Below, in pieces: positions 18,890-27,143 of a DNA stretch of 64,000 bases. A model generated the notes under the pieces. The model was not told the origin of the DNA. It did not search any database and saw only the letters and a list, made by a program, of their open reading frames with translations. How positions within the stretch are numbered: position 1 is the first letter of the stretch; each line of letters begins with the position of its first letter. The stretch spans positions 124,808-188,807 of the forward strand of contig JACPLF010000006.1 in NCBI GenBank assembly GCA_016186645.1, in the 5' to 3' direction. A program made the translations under genes and the position numbers. Source of the stretch: Candidatus Levyibacteriota bacterium. Its GTDB lineage: Bacteria > Patescibacteriota > Microgenomatia > Levybacterales > UBA12049.

Positions 18890-20695
18890 ATGTGTGGAAT
18901 ATATGGTTACGTAGGCCATAAATCAGAAGCGGCAAATACTGTCCTTGATGGATTAAAACTTCTTGAATATAGAGGTTATGATTCTTGGGGAGTGGCAGCG
19001 AAGATTAAAGATGAAAGATTAGAGATGAAGGGTGGATTCCTTACGGAAAAACATGTTGGGAAGATAGGGGATAGCCATTTAAACTTTCAACTCTCAACTT
19101 TCAACTCTCATCTGGCAATAGGGCATACTCGCTGGGCGACTCATGGAGGAGTTACGGTTGCAAATGCTCATCCTCATACAGATTGCAAGGCTCAAATTGC
19201 AGTTGTTCACAATGGCATTGTAGAAAATTTCCAAGAATTAAAAACTTATCTTTTAAAAAAAGGCCACAAATTTATTTCGGAAACGGATACAGAAGTTATT
19301 CCCCATTTGATCGAGGAGAATCTTAAGCGAGAAGGTTTTGCTTCATCTGTGCGAGACGCATTTAATGCCCTAAGAGGCCTGAATGCTATTGTTGCTGTAA
19401 ATGCAGGATCTAGTGAAATTGTTGTTGCGAAAAATGGCTCACCTTTGATTATTGGTATTGGAGATCAGGAATTTTTTGTTTCTTCAGACGTTATTGGAAT
19501 TGTAGAACACACAAAAAAAGTAATTTTCCTCAAAGATCTAGAAATGGTTATTTTAGGGAATCCGCCAGCTGGCGGAATTCAGCTCCTATCACTTCCTGAG
19601 GGAAATAAATTAGAAATAAAACCCGAGCAAATTACCTGGAGTTATGAAATATCTACAAAAGGAAAATTTGACGATTTCATGATAAAAGAAATTCATGAGC
19701 AACCCAATGTAGTTAGAAATATTGCAGGAAATTATACAAGTCAAATTGAGAAACTAGCTAAAGAAATTCAAAATTCAAAAGGAACTTTTTTCATTGGGGC
19801 AGGAACTGCATATCATGCAGGATTTTCCGGAAATTATCTTTTCTCAAAGATTGCTAAAATCCACGTCAACACATCTGTCGCATCTGAGTTTAATTATTTG
19901 GAAGATTTTTTAACTAGGGACAGTCTTATTATTGCTTTGTCTCAAAGTGGAGAGACTATTGATGTTGTTGAGCCTTTGAATCGTGCAAAGAAAAAAGGAA
20001 GTAAAATTTTTGCAATAACAAATACTTTGGGCTCTACAATTTATAGAATGGCAGACTATAACATGCTCCTTAACGCCGGACCTGAAAAAGCAGTTGCGTC
20101 AACAAAAGCATATATCGCCAAAGTAAGCGTTATCCTTATGTTGGCATATGTTTTAATAGGGAAAACAAATGAAGCAAAAAATATTCTTCTCAAAACTGCA
20201 GATGAAATAGAAAGACTTCTTTCAGAGACAACGGTTGACGATATTAAAAAAATAGCCAAGGCTCTTTCTGTCTCAAAAAATGTTTATGCAATTGGGAGAG
20301 GGGTGTCCTATCCTTCTGCTCTTGAGGCAGCGCTCAAAATTAAAGAAGTAACATATATTCCTACAGAAGGACTTGCGGGAGGAGAGTTAAAGCATGGAAC
20401 GATTGCATTAATTAGCAAGGGAGTGCCCTGTATTGTATTTGCGCCAATGGACGAGACTTATGAATCAGTAATTTCAAATGCGATTGAAATTAAATCAAGA
20501 GGCGGAGTAATTATCGGTATTAGTCCGAAAAAAGCGGAAGTTTTTGACCATTTTGTAGAAGTGAAAGATGTGGATTCGGGATCCTACATAGCCCAAGTTG
20601 TGGTTGCTCAGCTTCTCGCTTATTACATGGCAATTGACTTGAAGTTGGATGCAGACAAGCCCCGCAACCTCGCCAAATCCGTTACAGTAAAGTAG
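18890..20695 (+). CDS. glmS: glutamine--fructose-6-phosphate aminotransferase GlmS
   Basis: MCGIYGY N-terminal nucleophile and two SIS domains. C-terminal ...AKSVTVK is near-canonical. Confidence 0.9.
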   Translation: MCGIYGYVGHKSEAANTVLDGLKLLEYRGYDSWGVAAKIKDERLEMKGGFLTEKHVGKIGDSHLNFQLSTFNSHLAIGHTRWATHGGVTVANAHPHTDCKAQIAVVHNGIVENFQELKTYLLKKGHKFISETDTEVIPHLIEENLKREGFASSVRDAFNALRGLNAIVAVNAGSSEIVVAKNGSPLIIGIGDQEFFVSSDVIGIVEHTKKVIFLKDLEMVILGNPPAGGIQLLSLPEGNKLEIKPEQITWSYEISTKGKFDDFMIKEIHEQPNVVRNIAGNYTSQIEKLAKEIQNSKGTFFIGAGTAYHAGFSGNYLFSKIAKIHVNTSVASEFNYLEDFLTRDSLIIALSQSGETIDVVEPLNRAKKKGSKIFAITNTLGSTIYRMADYNMLLNAGPEKAVASTKAYIAKVSVILMLAYVLIGKTNEAKNILLKTADEIERLLSETTVDDIKKIAKALSVSKNVYAIGRGVSYPSALEAALKIKEVTYIPTEGLAGGELKHGTIALISKGVPCIVFAPMDETYESVISNAIEIKSRGGVIIGISPKKAEVFDHFVEVKDVDSGSYIAQVVVAQLLAYYMAIDLKLDADKPRNLAKSVTVK

Positions 20696-20752
20696 TTCGG
20701 CAATATTCGGTAAGATATGGCAACATTCGGCAATATCTGGTAATATAGATTC

Positions 20753-21736
20753 ATGAAGATTCCGCCGGTATATACGATTTCATGTAAAATGCTGTCGCTT
20801 ATCACCAAAATTGAGGCAGAAAGATTGCATTTTTCCTCTTTAAGTCTTCCTGAAGAGCTGAAAGAAAATATACAAAGAATAAGTCTTCTGAAAAGTTCCC
20901 TTTTTTCTGCTCGTATTGAAGGAAATCCGCTTAATGTCTCTGATTTTGAATATGGGGCAGAAGCGGAAGAAGAAAAGAAGAAAGAGATATTTAATATTCT
21001 TAAGGCAATAAATTTTATAGATAAAAATACAAAAAAGGGCATTACGAAAGATTTAATTTTACATTTACATGTCTTGGCTTTGAAGAATATCTCATCGAAT
21101 GGCGGTAATTTTCGAAATGAAGTAAGCGCGATTTTTAATCAGGCGGGAGTTGCTGTTTATATGCCGCCACCGCCATCCATGATCTCGAAATCGTTAAACG
21201 AACTCTTAATTTACATAAATTCAAAGACAGAAAAATTTCCTCTTATCACTTCTTTCACCGCGCATCTAATTTTCGAAAAAATTCATCCTTTTTTAGATGG
21301 AAATGGCAGAGTCGGCAGGCTTCTAATTTCGGCGATTCTAAAATCAAAAGGTTGGGATTTTACCTTTACGGTACCTTTTGAAGAATATCTTGAGGAACAT
21401 AAAGACGAATATTATTTTCATTTAAGTAGCGGATTGAAGAATGCCAATGATTATCTTGAATTTATGCTTGACGCATTCTACAAACAAATACAAAAAATAA
21501 AAGATCAGATTGATCAGGAAATTGCCAAAGAATCGCATCCATTCCTTCCGCCCCGTCAGGAAGAAATACTTAATATCATTAAAGATCAGATCGTTGTGTC
21601 TTTTGATATGATAAGAAGGCGATTCCTTCGGGTACCGCAAAGGACACTCCGCTGGGATCTAAAAAAACTTCTTGATAGAAGACTTATTGAAAAAAGCGGT
21701 GCAACAAGAGGAAGATATTACAGGATAAGAAAATAG
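20753..21736 (+). CDS. Fic family protein (class II, with N-terminal inhibitory motif)
   Basis: Fic motif HPFLDGNGRVGRLL. Upstream SARIEGN matches the [S/T]xxxE[G/N] auto-inhibition motif. Confidence 0.8.
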   Translation: MKIPPVYTISCKMLSLITKIEAERLHFSSLSLPEELKENIQRISLLKSSLFSARIEGNPLNVSDFEYGAEAEEEKKKEIFNILKAINFIDKNTKKGITKDLILHLHVLALKNISSNGGNFRNEVSAIFNQAGVAVYMPPPPSMISKSLNELLIYINSKTEKFPLITSFTAHLIFEKIHPFLDGNGRVGRLLISAILKSKGWDFTFTVPFEEYLEEHKDEYYFHLSSGLKNANDYLEFMLDAFYKQIQKIKDQIDQEIAKESHPFLPPRQEEILNIIKDQIVVSFDMIRRRFLRVPQRTLRWDLKKLLDRRLIEKSGATRGRYYRIRK

Positions 21737-21781
21737 ATTTTTTTCTTGACAAAATAAAAATTCTATATTATTATTCGGCTT

Positions 21782-22021
21782 ATGGGGCGTCATAAAGAAA
21801 GATTACCTAAATCACCTGATCCAGCTGTTTCTACAAAAACCGTTACGAGACATGGTAAGCGTGTGGAAGTAACAAGTGTAGATCTTAGCAGGGTTACTGG
21901 TTCTTCTGAGCCTAATATAGGAGACGAAGAGCGCATACAAAGAGTGCTGGAAGAAATACGGGACGCAGAACGAACCCCATTCCATGTTCGCGGAAGACAC
22001 TCGAGGCGCGGGGAGAGATAA
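21782..22021 (+). CDS. small basic hypothetical protein (weak)
   Basis: 79-aa ORF preceded by TTGACA. Overlaps an antisense ORF. Coding status uncertain. Confidence 0.25.
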   Translation: MGRHKERLPKSPDPAVSTKTVTRHGKRVEVTSVDLSRVTGSSEPNIGDEERIQRVLEEIRDAERTPFHVRGRHSRRGER

Positions 22022-22033
22022 ATTAAGGTTAGT

Positions 22034-22062
22034 TTGTATATAAACCTTCGGAATAGTATAAT
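22034..22062 (+). promoter_or_regulatory. sigma70-like promoter TTGTAT-17-TATAAT immediately upstream of mraY (leaderless geometry)
   Basis: -35 at 22034-22039, -10 at 22057-22062. The mraY ATG at 22069 is 7 nt downstream. Confidence 0.4.
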
Positions 22063-22068
22063 ATCCCA

Positions 22069-23076
22069 ATGGCGCAGCTTTTGGGGCTAATTCTTTTGTC
22101 TCTTTTTATAACAGGAATTCTTCTCATACCCTTCATAGATTTTCTTTACAAAATGAAGCTAAGACGTGTCAAGCAGAAGACCGTTGACATGTTTGATAAG
22201 CCAACTCCCACATTTGACAAATTCAACAACTGGAAAGCAGGCACACCTTTTGGGGGTGGAATTTTAATTATTGCGGTAGTGTGCATACTCACTTTCTGGG
22301 CATATGGAATTCTGGAAACGAAAGTTAACGCTTGGCAGCTTTTCGTAATTATGGTTACATTTATTGGTTTTGGGCTTTTGGGTTTTTATGATGATCTGAA
22401 AAAACTGGTTCCAGGGCACAAGGTCTTTTTCGGCTTACGATTCAGGCATAAATTTATAATTCAGTGGATTTTGGCTCTTGTGATAGGAGCTATTTTGTAT
22501 TTTCAGCTTGGGTATTCTTATATTTTTATCTGGGGTTTTGGACTTGCATCCCTTGGGTATCTTTTTATTCCTTTTGCGGCTTTTGTTATCGTCTCTTTTG
22601 CGAACGCTTTTAATATTGCAGATGGTCTGGATGGGCTGGCGTCCGGACTTTTGTTAATTTGTCTTGCGGCTTTTTTGGCAATCACTTCTAATCAGTTGGA
22701 TCAGCCTTTGGGAATTTTTGTTGCCGTACTTATGGGAAGCGTTGGTGCTTTTCTGTACTTTAATATCTACAAGGCAAGGATTTGGTTAGGCGATGTTGGA
22801 GCCTTATCTTTGGGGGCAGTATTAGCTGTAATTGGACTTTTGACCGGAAAAATTATTGCGTTGGCATTTATTGGAGGAGTATTTGTCATAGAAATTGCAT
22901 CATCCTTAATTCAGATTCTTGCCAAAAAATTTCTTCACAGAAAAGTTTTCTTGGCATCTCCATTCCATCTGCTTTTGCAAAAGATAGGTTGGGATGAGCC
23001 AAAAATTGTTATGAGAGCATGGCTTTTGGGATTCCTTTTTGCTATCTTAGGGCTATACATCGCATTTATTAACTAA
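22069..23076 (+). CDS. mraY: phospho-N-acetylmuramoyl-pentapeptide transferase MraY
   Basis: Polytopic membrane protein with MraY-typical loops (NAFNIADGLDGLA and GDVGALSLG). Confidence 0.9.
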   Translation: MAQLLGLILLSLFITGILLIPFIDFLYKMKLRRVKQKTVDMFDKPTPTFDKFNNWKAGTPFGGGILIIAVVCILTFWAYGILETKVNAWQLFVIMVTFIGFGLLGFYDDLKKLVPGHKVFFGLRFRHKFIIQWILALVIGAILYFQLGYSYIFIWGFGLASLGYLFIPFAAFVIVSFANAFNIADGLDGLASGLLLICLAAFLAITSNQLDQPLGIFVAVLMGSVGAFLYFNIYKARIWLGDVGALSLGAVLAVIGLLTGKIIALAFIGGVFVIEIASSLIQILAKKFLHRKVFLASPFHLLLQKIGWDEPKIVMRAWLLGFLFAILGLYIAFIN

Positions 23077-23091
23077 CGTCTTCAAAAATCT

Positions 23092-24156
23092 ATGAAAAAA
23101 ATAGATATTTCCCTACTTTTTAGCGTAATTCTTCTGACTCTCTTTGGACTTTTCATGATTTTTGATGCATCAAGTTTTGTTGCGTTTAGGGATTTTGGGG
23201 ATAAATACCATTATGTAAAAGACCAATTTGGTTGGGTAGCACTGGGTTTTGTCGGATTAACTCTTTTCTCATATTTTGATTATCGCAAATTATATTCACT
23301 TGCTCTCCCCATTCTTTGTACGGCTTTGGTTTTACTTATTTTGGTTTTTGTTCCCGGAATAGGAATCAATATTTTGGGAGCAAGCCGTTGGATCAATACA
23401 GGACTAGTCACTATTCAGCCTGCAGAATTTGTAAAATTAGCATTGGCTATTTATCTGGCTGCATGGTTTTCAAACAAAGAAAAAGGAAGGCTTTTGGCAT
23501 TTTTGCTTTTGATGGGATTGGTCTTGGGGTTAGTAATGCTTGAGCCGGACATGGGCACTACAACTGTAATACTAAGTGAAGCTTTTGTGATTTATTTTTT
23601 GTCAGGAGCACGAATTATTTATTTTTCTCTAATAGTTCCTGTTGTGGCAATGTTGGGATTTTTATTTATAAAAATGTCTCCATACAGAGCGAAAAGACTT
23701 GAAGCATTTCTAAATATTGGCGATTCTATTGAGTCTTCTTCTTATCATGTCAAGCAAATTTTAATTGCGCTTGGCGCAGGAGGGTTAACCGGAGTGGGCC
23801 TTGGAAATTCTATACAAAAATATGCTTATCTTCCCGAAAGCACAACAGATTCGATTTTCGCAATTATCGCAGAGGAGTTAGGATTTATTGGCGCAACTGG
23901 ACTAATTATATTTTTTATTTTTATTTTTTCTCGATGTTTTTATATAGCTGTCAATGCAAAGGATAATTTTGGTAAACTTTTGGGGGCAGGAGTGACAACC
24001 TTTTTGGCAGTGCAAACAATTATAAATTTGGCAGCTCAAACAGCGCTGGTTCCTTTGACAGGAATACCTTTGCCCTTTATTTCTTATGGAGGATCTGCTC
24101 TAATTATTGATCTTGCTGCTGTGGGGATATTGTTGAATATCTCTAAAAATAGTTAA
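23092..24156 (+). CDS. ftsW: SEDS family peptidoglycan glycosyltransferase FtsW
   Basis: FtsW/RodA fold motifs (MLEPDMGT and DSIFAIIAEELGFIG). Located between mraY and murG. Confidence 0.8.
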   Translation: MKKIDISLLFSVILLTLFGLFMIFDASSFVAFRDFGDKYHYVKDQFGWVALGFVGLTLFSYFDYRKLYSLALPILCTALVLLILVFVPGIGINILGASRWINTGLVTIQPAEFVKLALAIYLAAWFSNKEKGRLLAFLLLMGLVLGLVMLEPDMGTTTVILSEAFVIYFLSGARIIYFSLIVPVVAMLGFLFIKMSPYRAKRLEAFLNIGDSIESSSYHVKQILIALGAGGLTGVGLGNSIQKYAYLPESTTDSIFAIIAEELGFIGATGLIIFFIFIFSRCFYIAVNAKDNFGKLLGAGVTTFLAVQTIINLAAQTALVPLTGIPLPFISYGGSALIIDLAAVGILLNISKNS

Positions 24157-24186
24157 AAATTCAAAATGCAAAATTCAAAATTACAA

Positions 24187-24219
24187 CGTAAAGTTGCGTG
24201 GCAACAACGTTGCTTTACG
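24187..24219 (+). repeat. GC-containing hairpin (CGTAAAG-TTGCGTG-GCAAC-AAC-GTTGC-TTTACG) flanked by 13-bp direct repeats AAAATTCAAAATT
   Basis: Inverted repeat seen directly. Flanking direct repeats lie at about 24158-24185 and 24224-24240. Confidence 0.45.
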
Positions 24220-24302
24220 CAATTTAAAATTCAAAATTTAGATTCTAAATTAAAAACTTTTAACTTTTCACTTTTAACTTTTAACTGGAGCGGAGGCGAC
24301 TT

Positions 24303-25436
24303 ATGAAAGTTGTTTTAATTGGCGGACATTTGTCTCCTGCACTTTCTGTTTTGGATGCGCTTCCCAAAGATACAGAAGTTCTTTTTATTGGGAGAAAATA
24401 TGCGTTTGAGGGGGACAATGCGTTATCTTTGGAATACAAAACAATTACTTCCATGCATGTTCCCTTTATCGGGTTAAACACGGGAAGATTACAACGCAAG
24501 ATAACTCGCTTTACTCTTTTTTCTCTTTTAAAGCTCCCTTTTGGAATTATTAAGTCCTTTTTCATTCTTATTGAATTCAGGCCTGATGTTGTTGTGGGGT
24601 TTGGAGGTTACGTTTCCGTTCCGGTCATCATTAGCGCTTTTGTTCTTCGAATTCCGGTTGTGATACATGAGCAAACCATGGAGGCAGGGCTTGGCAATAG
24701 GATAGTTTCCCGATTTGCAAAAAAGATTTGCATATCGTGGCAAACTTCAAGGATTTATTTTCCAAATAGTAAAATTGTCTTAACTGGAAATCCCATACGC
24801 AAATTTTCAATTTGGAATTCGCCGGCCGGCGGAAAATTCTCAATTTTCAACAATAAATTGCCGACAATCTATGTTACAGGAGGAAGTTCGGGATCGCATT
24901 TTATAAATGTAGCAATTGAAGGAGTAATCGAAGAACTTTTGAAAAAATATAATATTATTCATATGGTCGGAGACGCCCATGAATATCATGACTTTGATCG
25001 TTTGAAGCAATTAAGGGATGGTCTGCCCGTAAACCTTCGCGATAACTATATTTTGGAAAAATTCATTGAGCCTTCTGAAGTTGGAGATCTGATGAGGTCA
25101 TCTTCTCTAATTATTTCAAGATCAGGCATGAATATCGTCTCGGAACTTATATATTTTGAAAAACCCGCATTATTAATCCCTCTTCCTTTTTCTCAAAACA
25201 ATGAACAGTTAAAAAATGCCAGGTTTTTGCAAAATTTGGGAATTGGAAAAATTCTGCAGCAGAATGATGCAGATTCAAAAAAATTACTTCAGGCAATTAG
25301 TCTTATGTTTAATAATCTAGATAAGTATAAAATAAATGATCAAGAATTAAAAAAATTATCCTTAAAAAATGCAGCGCAAAATATAATTTCTGTTATTAAT
25401 TATGTTACAAAGCCCAAGACAAAGAAATTCCTTTAA
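24303..25436 (+). CDS. murG: undecaprenyldiphospho-muramoylpentapeptide beta-N-acetylglucosaminyltransferase MurG
   Basis: GT28 N-terminal G-loop (VVLIGGHLSPALSV) and C-terminal LLIPLPFSQNNEQLKNARFL. Confidence 0.8.
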   Translation: MKVVLIGGHLSPALSVLDALPKDTEVLFIGRKYAFEGDNALSLEYKTITSMHVPFIGLNTGRLQRKITRFTLFSLLKLPFGIIKSFFILIEFRPDVVVGFGGYVSVPVIISAFVLRIPVVIHEQTMEAGLGNRIVSRFAKKICISWQTSRIYFPNSKIVLTGNPIRKFSIWNSPAGGKFSIFNNKLPTIYVTGGSSGSHFINVAIEGVIEELLKKYNIIHMVGDAHEYHDFDRLKQLRDGLPVNLRDNYILEKFIEPSEVGDLMRSSSLIISRSGMNIVSELIYFEKPALLIPLPFSQNNEQLKNARFLQNLGIGKILQQNDADSKKLLQAISLMFNNLDKYKINDQELKKLSLKNAAQNIISVINYVTKPKTKKFL

Positions 25437-25800
25437 AAAAAAGATAGGTGTTTATATTTCGCTTCTTATAGTATTGGGTTTTCTTTTTTTTCTTGCTAAT
25501 TTATTTTTCCAAACAAAATCTTCCTCATTCATAAGTCCTTTGGGGACAAGTAATGTTGATAAAAGTAAAGTTGAGAAAATTTTGAAAGATAATAATATTG
25601 CATTTTCTGGAATTGTAGTTTTGGAAGACGCTTCTTATGGGATAAGTATCCCCAATAATGGACAAGTCAGACTTTCTTCCCAAAAAAACATTAACAAGCA
25701 AGTAGCCTCTTTACAAAGAATACTAAGAGAGCTTACAATAGAGGGAAAGCCATTTAAAAATATAGATTTTAGGTTCGAAGAGCCTATTATTTCCTATTAA
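25402..25800 (+). CDS. small single-pass membrane protein in the FtsQ/DivIB position
   Basis: 132 aa with a TM helix plus a short extracytoplasmic domain. Occupies the ftsQ slot but is far shorter than FtsQ. Confidence 0.3.
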   Translation: MLQSPRQRNSFKKKIGVYISLLIVLGFLFFLANLFFQTKSSSFISPLGTSNVDKSKVEKILKDNNIAFSGIVVLEDASYGISIPNNGQVRLSSQKNINKQVASLQRILRELTIEGKPFKNIDFRFEEPIISY

Positions 25801-25808
25801 TCAAAAGT

Positions 25809-27101
25809 ATGGTAGATGGAAAAATAGTCGTAGGTGTTGATATCGGTACCTCAAAAATTGTTACTATTATTGCAAGAGTAGAGAATGAAATTGCAAATGT
25901 GTTGGGAGTTTCAGAAGTTGCCTCCCGAGGCGTTAAAAAAGGCCAAATAGTAGACATAAAAGAAGCAGTTGAATCTATTAATAATTCACTTGATGGAGCC
26001 GAAAGAATGGCTGGCTACTCTGTCTCTCATGTGGCTGCTTCAATCGGCGGAGGACATATTGAGTCTCAAAATTCAAGAGGCGTTGTTGCAGTATCATCTC
26101 CTCAAGGGGAAATAACCGAAAGTGATCTTGCTCGCGTAATTGATGCGGCTAAAGCAGTTTCTCTTCCATCGAGCCGCCAAATTGTTCATGTTTTGCCTCG
26201 TAATTATGTTGTTGATGGACAAGAAGGAATAAAAGATCCAATTAGTATGACTGGGATAAGGCTTGAGGTAGATACTCATATTATCTCAGCTGCTTCCACG
26301 TCTTTAATGAATTTAGAAAAAGCTTTTTCCCAGGTTGGTATCGATATTGATGGGGTTGCTTTCAGCGGATATGCATCCAGCCTTTCGGTTTTGTCGGAAA
26401 CGGAAAAAGAATTAGGAGTTGTATGCGTAGATATTGGAGCGGGAACAACAGACATATCGATTTATTCGGAAGGATCAGTCGCATATTCTTCCGTATTACC
26501 AATTGGCGCCAGACATATAACAAATGATTTAGCAATAGGTCTTAGAATTTCTTTGGAGAGCTCTGAAAAAATTAAAATTTATTTATCCAATACCCGAAAA
26601 AACCCAAAAATAGAAAGACTTGGAGAAACATTTGAAAAAGAAAATATAAATAGAGATGAAGTAGACTTAAGCTCTCTAGGTCTGCCGGAGGATCTTAGAA
26701 AAGTTTCTCACAAAACATTAACAGATGGAATAATTAGGCCTCGGCTTAATGAAATTTTTACCATGATAGGAATAGAAATTAAAAGGTCAGGATACGCGGG
26801 ACAAACACCTGCGGGGATTGTAATAACAGGAGGCGGAGCGTTAACTGTTGGAATAGCAGATAGCGCCAAAAGAACTTTGGCAATGCCGGTCAGAATTGGG
26901 CTGCCAATTAATATAAAGGGCCTAATTGATGAAATAGAAACCCCTGCTTTCGCAACTGTTGTAGGGCTTGCGGTTTTCGGCGGCAGTCTTGATGTGAGAA
27001 AATCTTTGCCTTTCGGAATTAGTCTTCCTTCCTTGGGAAATTTGGGATTTAACAAAGCGCTTTCCCGTCTTATAAATTTAATCAAATCCTTCATGCCATA
27101 A
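25809..27101 (+). CDS. ftsA: cell division protein FtsA
   Basis: Actin-like ATPase motifs (VVGVDIGTSKIV and CVDIGAGTTDISIY). C-terminal amphipathic ...LINLIKSFMP*. Confidence 0.85.
   Translation: MVDGKIVVGVDIGTSKIVTIIARVENEIANVLGVSEVASRGVKKGQIVDIKEAVESINNSLDGAERMAGYSVSHVAASIGGGHIESQNSRGVVAVSSPQGEITESDLARVIDAAKAVSLPSSRQIVHVLPRNYVVDGQEGIKDPISMTGIRLEVDTHIISAASTSLMNLEKAFSQVGIDIDGVAFSGYASSLSVLSETEKELGVVCVDIGAGTTDISIYSEGSVAYSSVLPIGARHITNDLAIGLRISLESSEKIKIYLSNTRKNPKIERLGETFEKENINRDEVDLSSLGLPEDLRKVSHKTLTDGIIRPRLNEIFTMIGIEIKRSGYAGQTPAGIVITGGGALTVGIADSAKRTLAMPVRIGLPINIKGLIDEIETPAFATVVGLAVFGGSLDVRKSLPFGISLPSLGNLGFNKALSRLINLIKSFMP
27081..27101. repeat. ftsA 3'-end sequence ATCAAATCCTTCATGCCATAA (copy A, inside ftsA)
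   Basis: Direct repeat with 34138-34161 and 34971-34995. Confidence 0.6.
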
Positions 27102-27143
27102 CAGAATATTGCAAAGGAAGTTTTGAGTGTTGTAAAATAAATT

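Noticed and set aside
25402-25800. Calling the 132-aa membrane protein a bona fide FtsQ
   Set aside because: Only the genomic position and bitopic topology support it. It is about half the length of FtsQ and no POTRA motif can be recognised, so it is kept as hypothetical.
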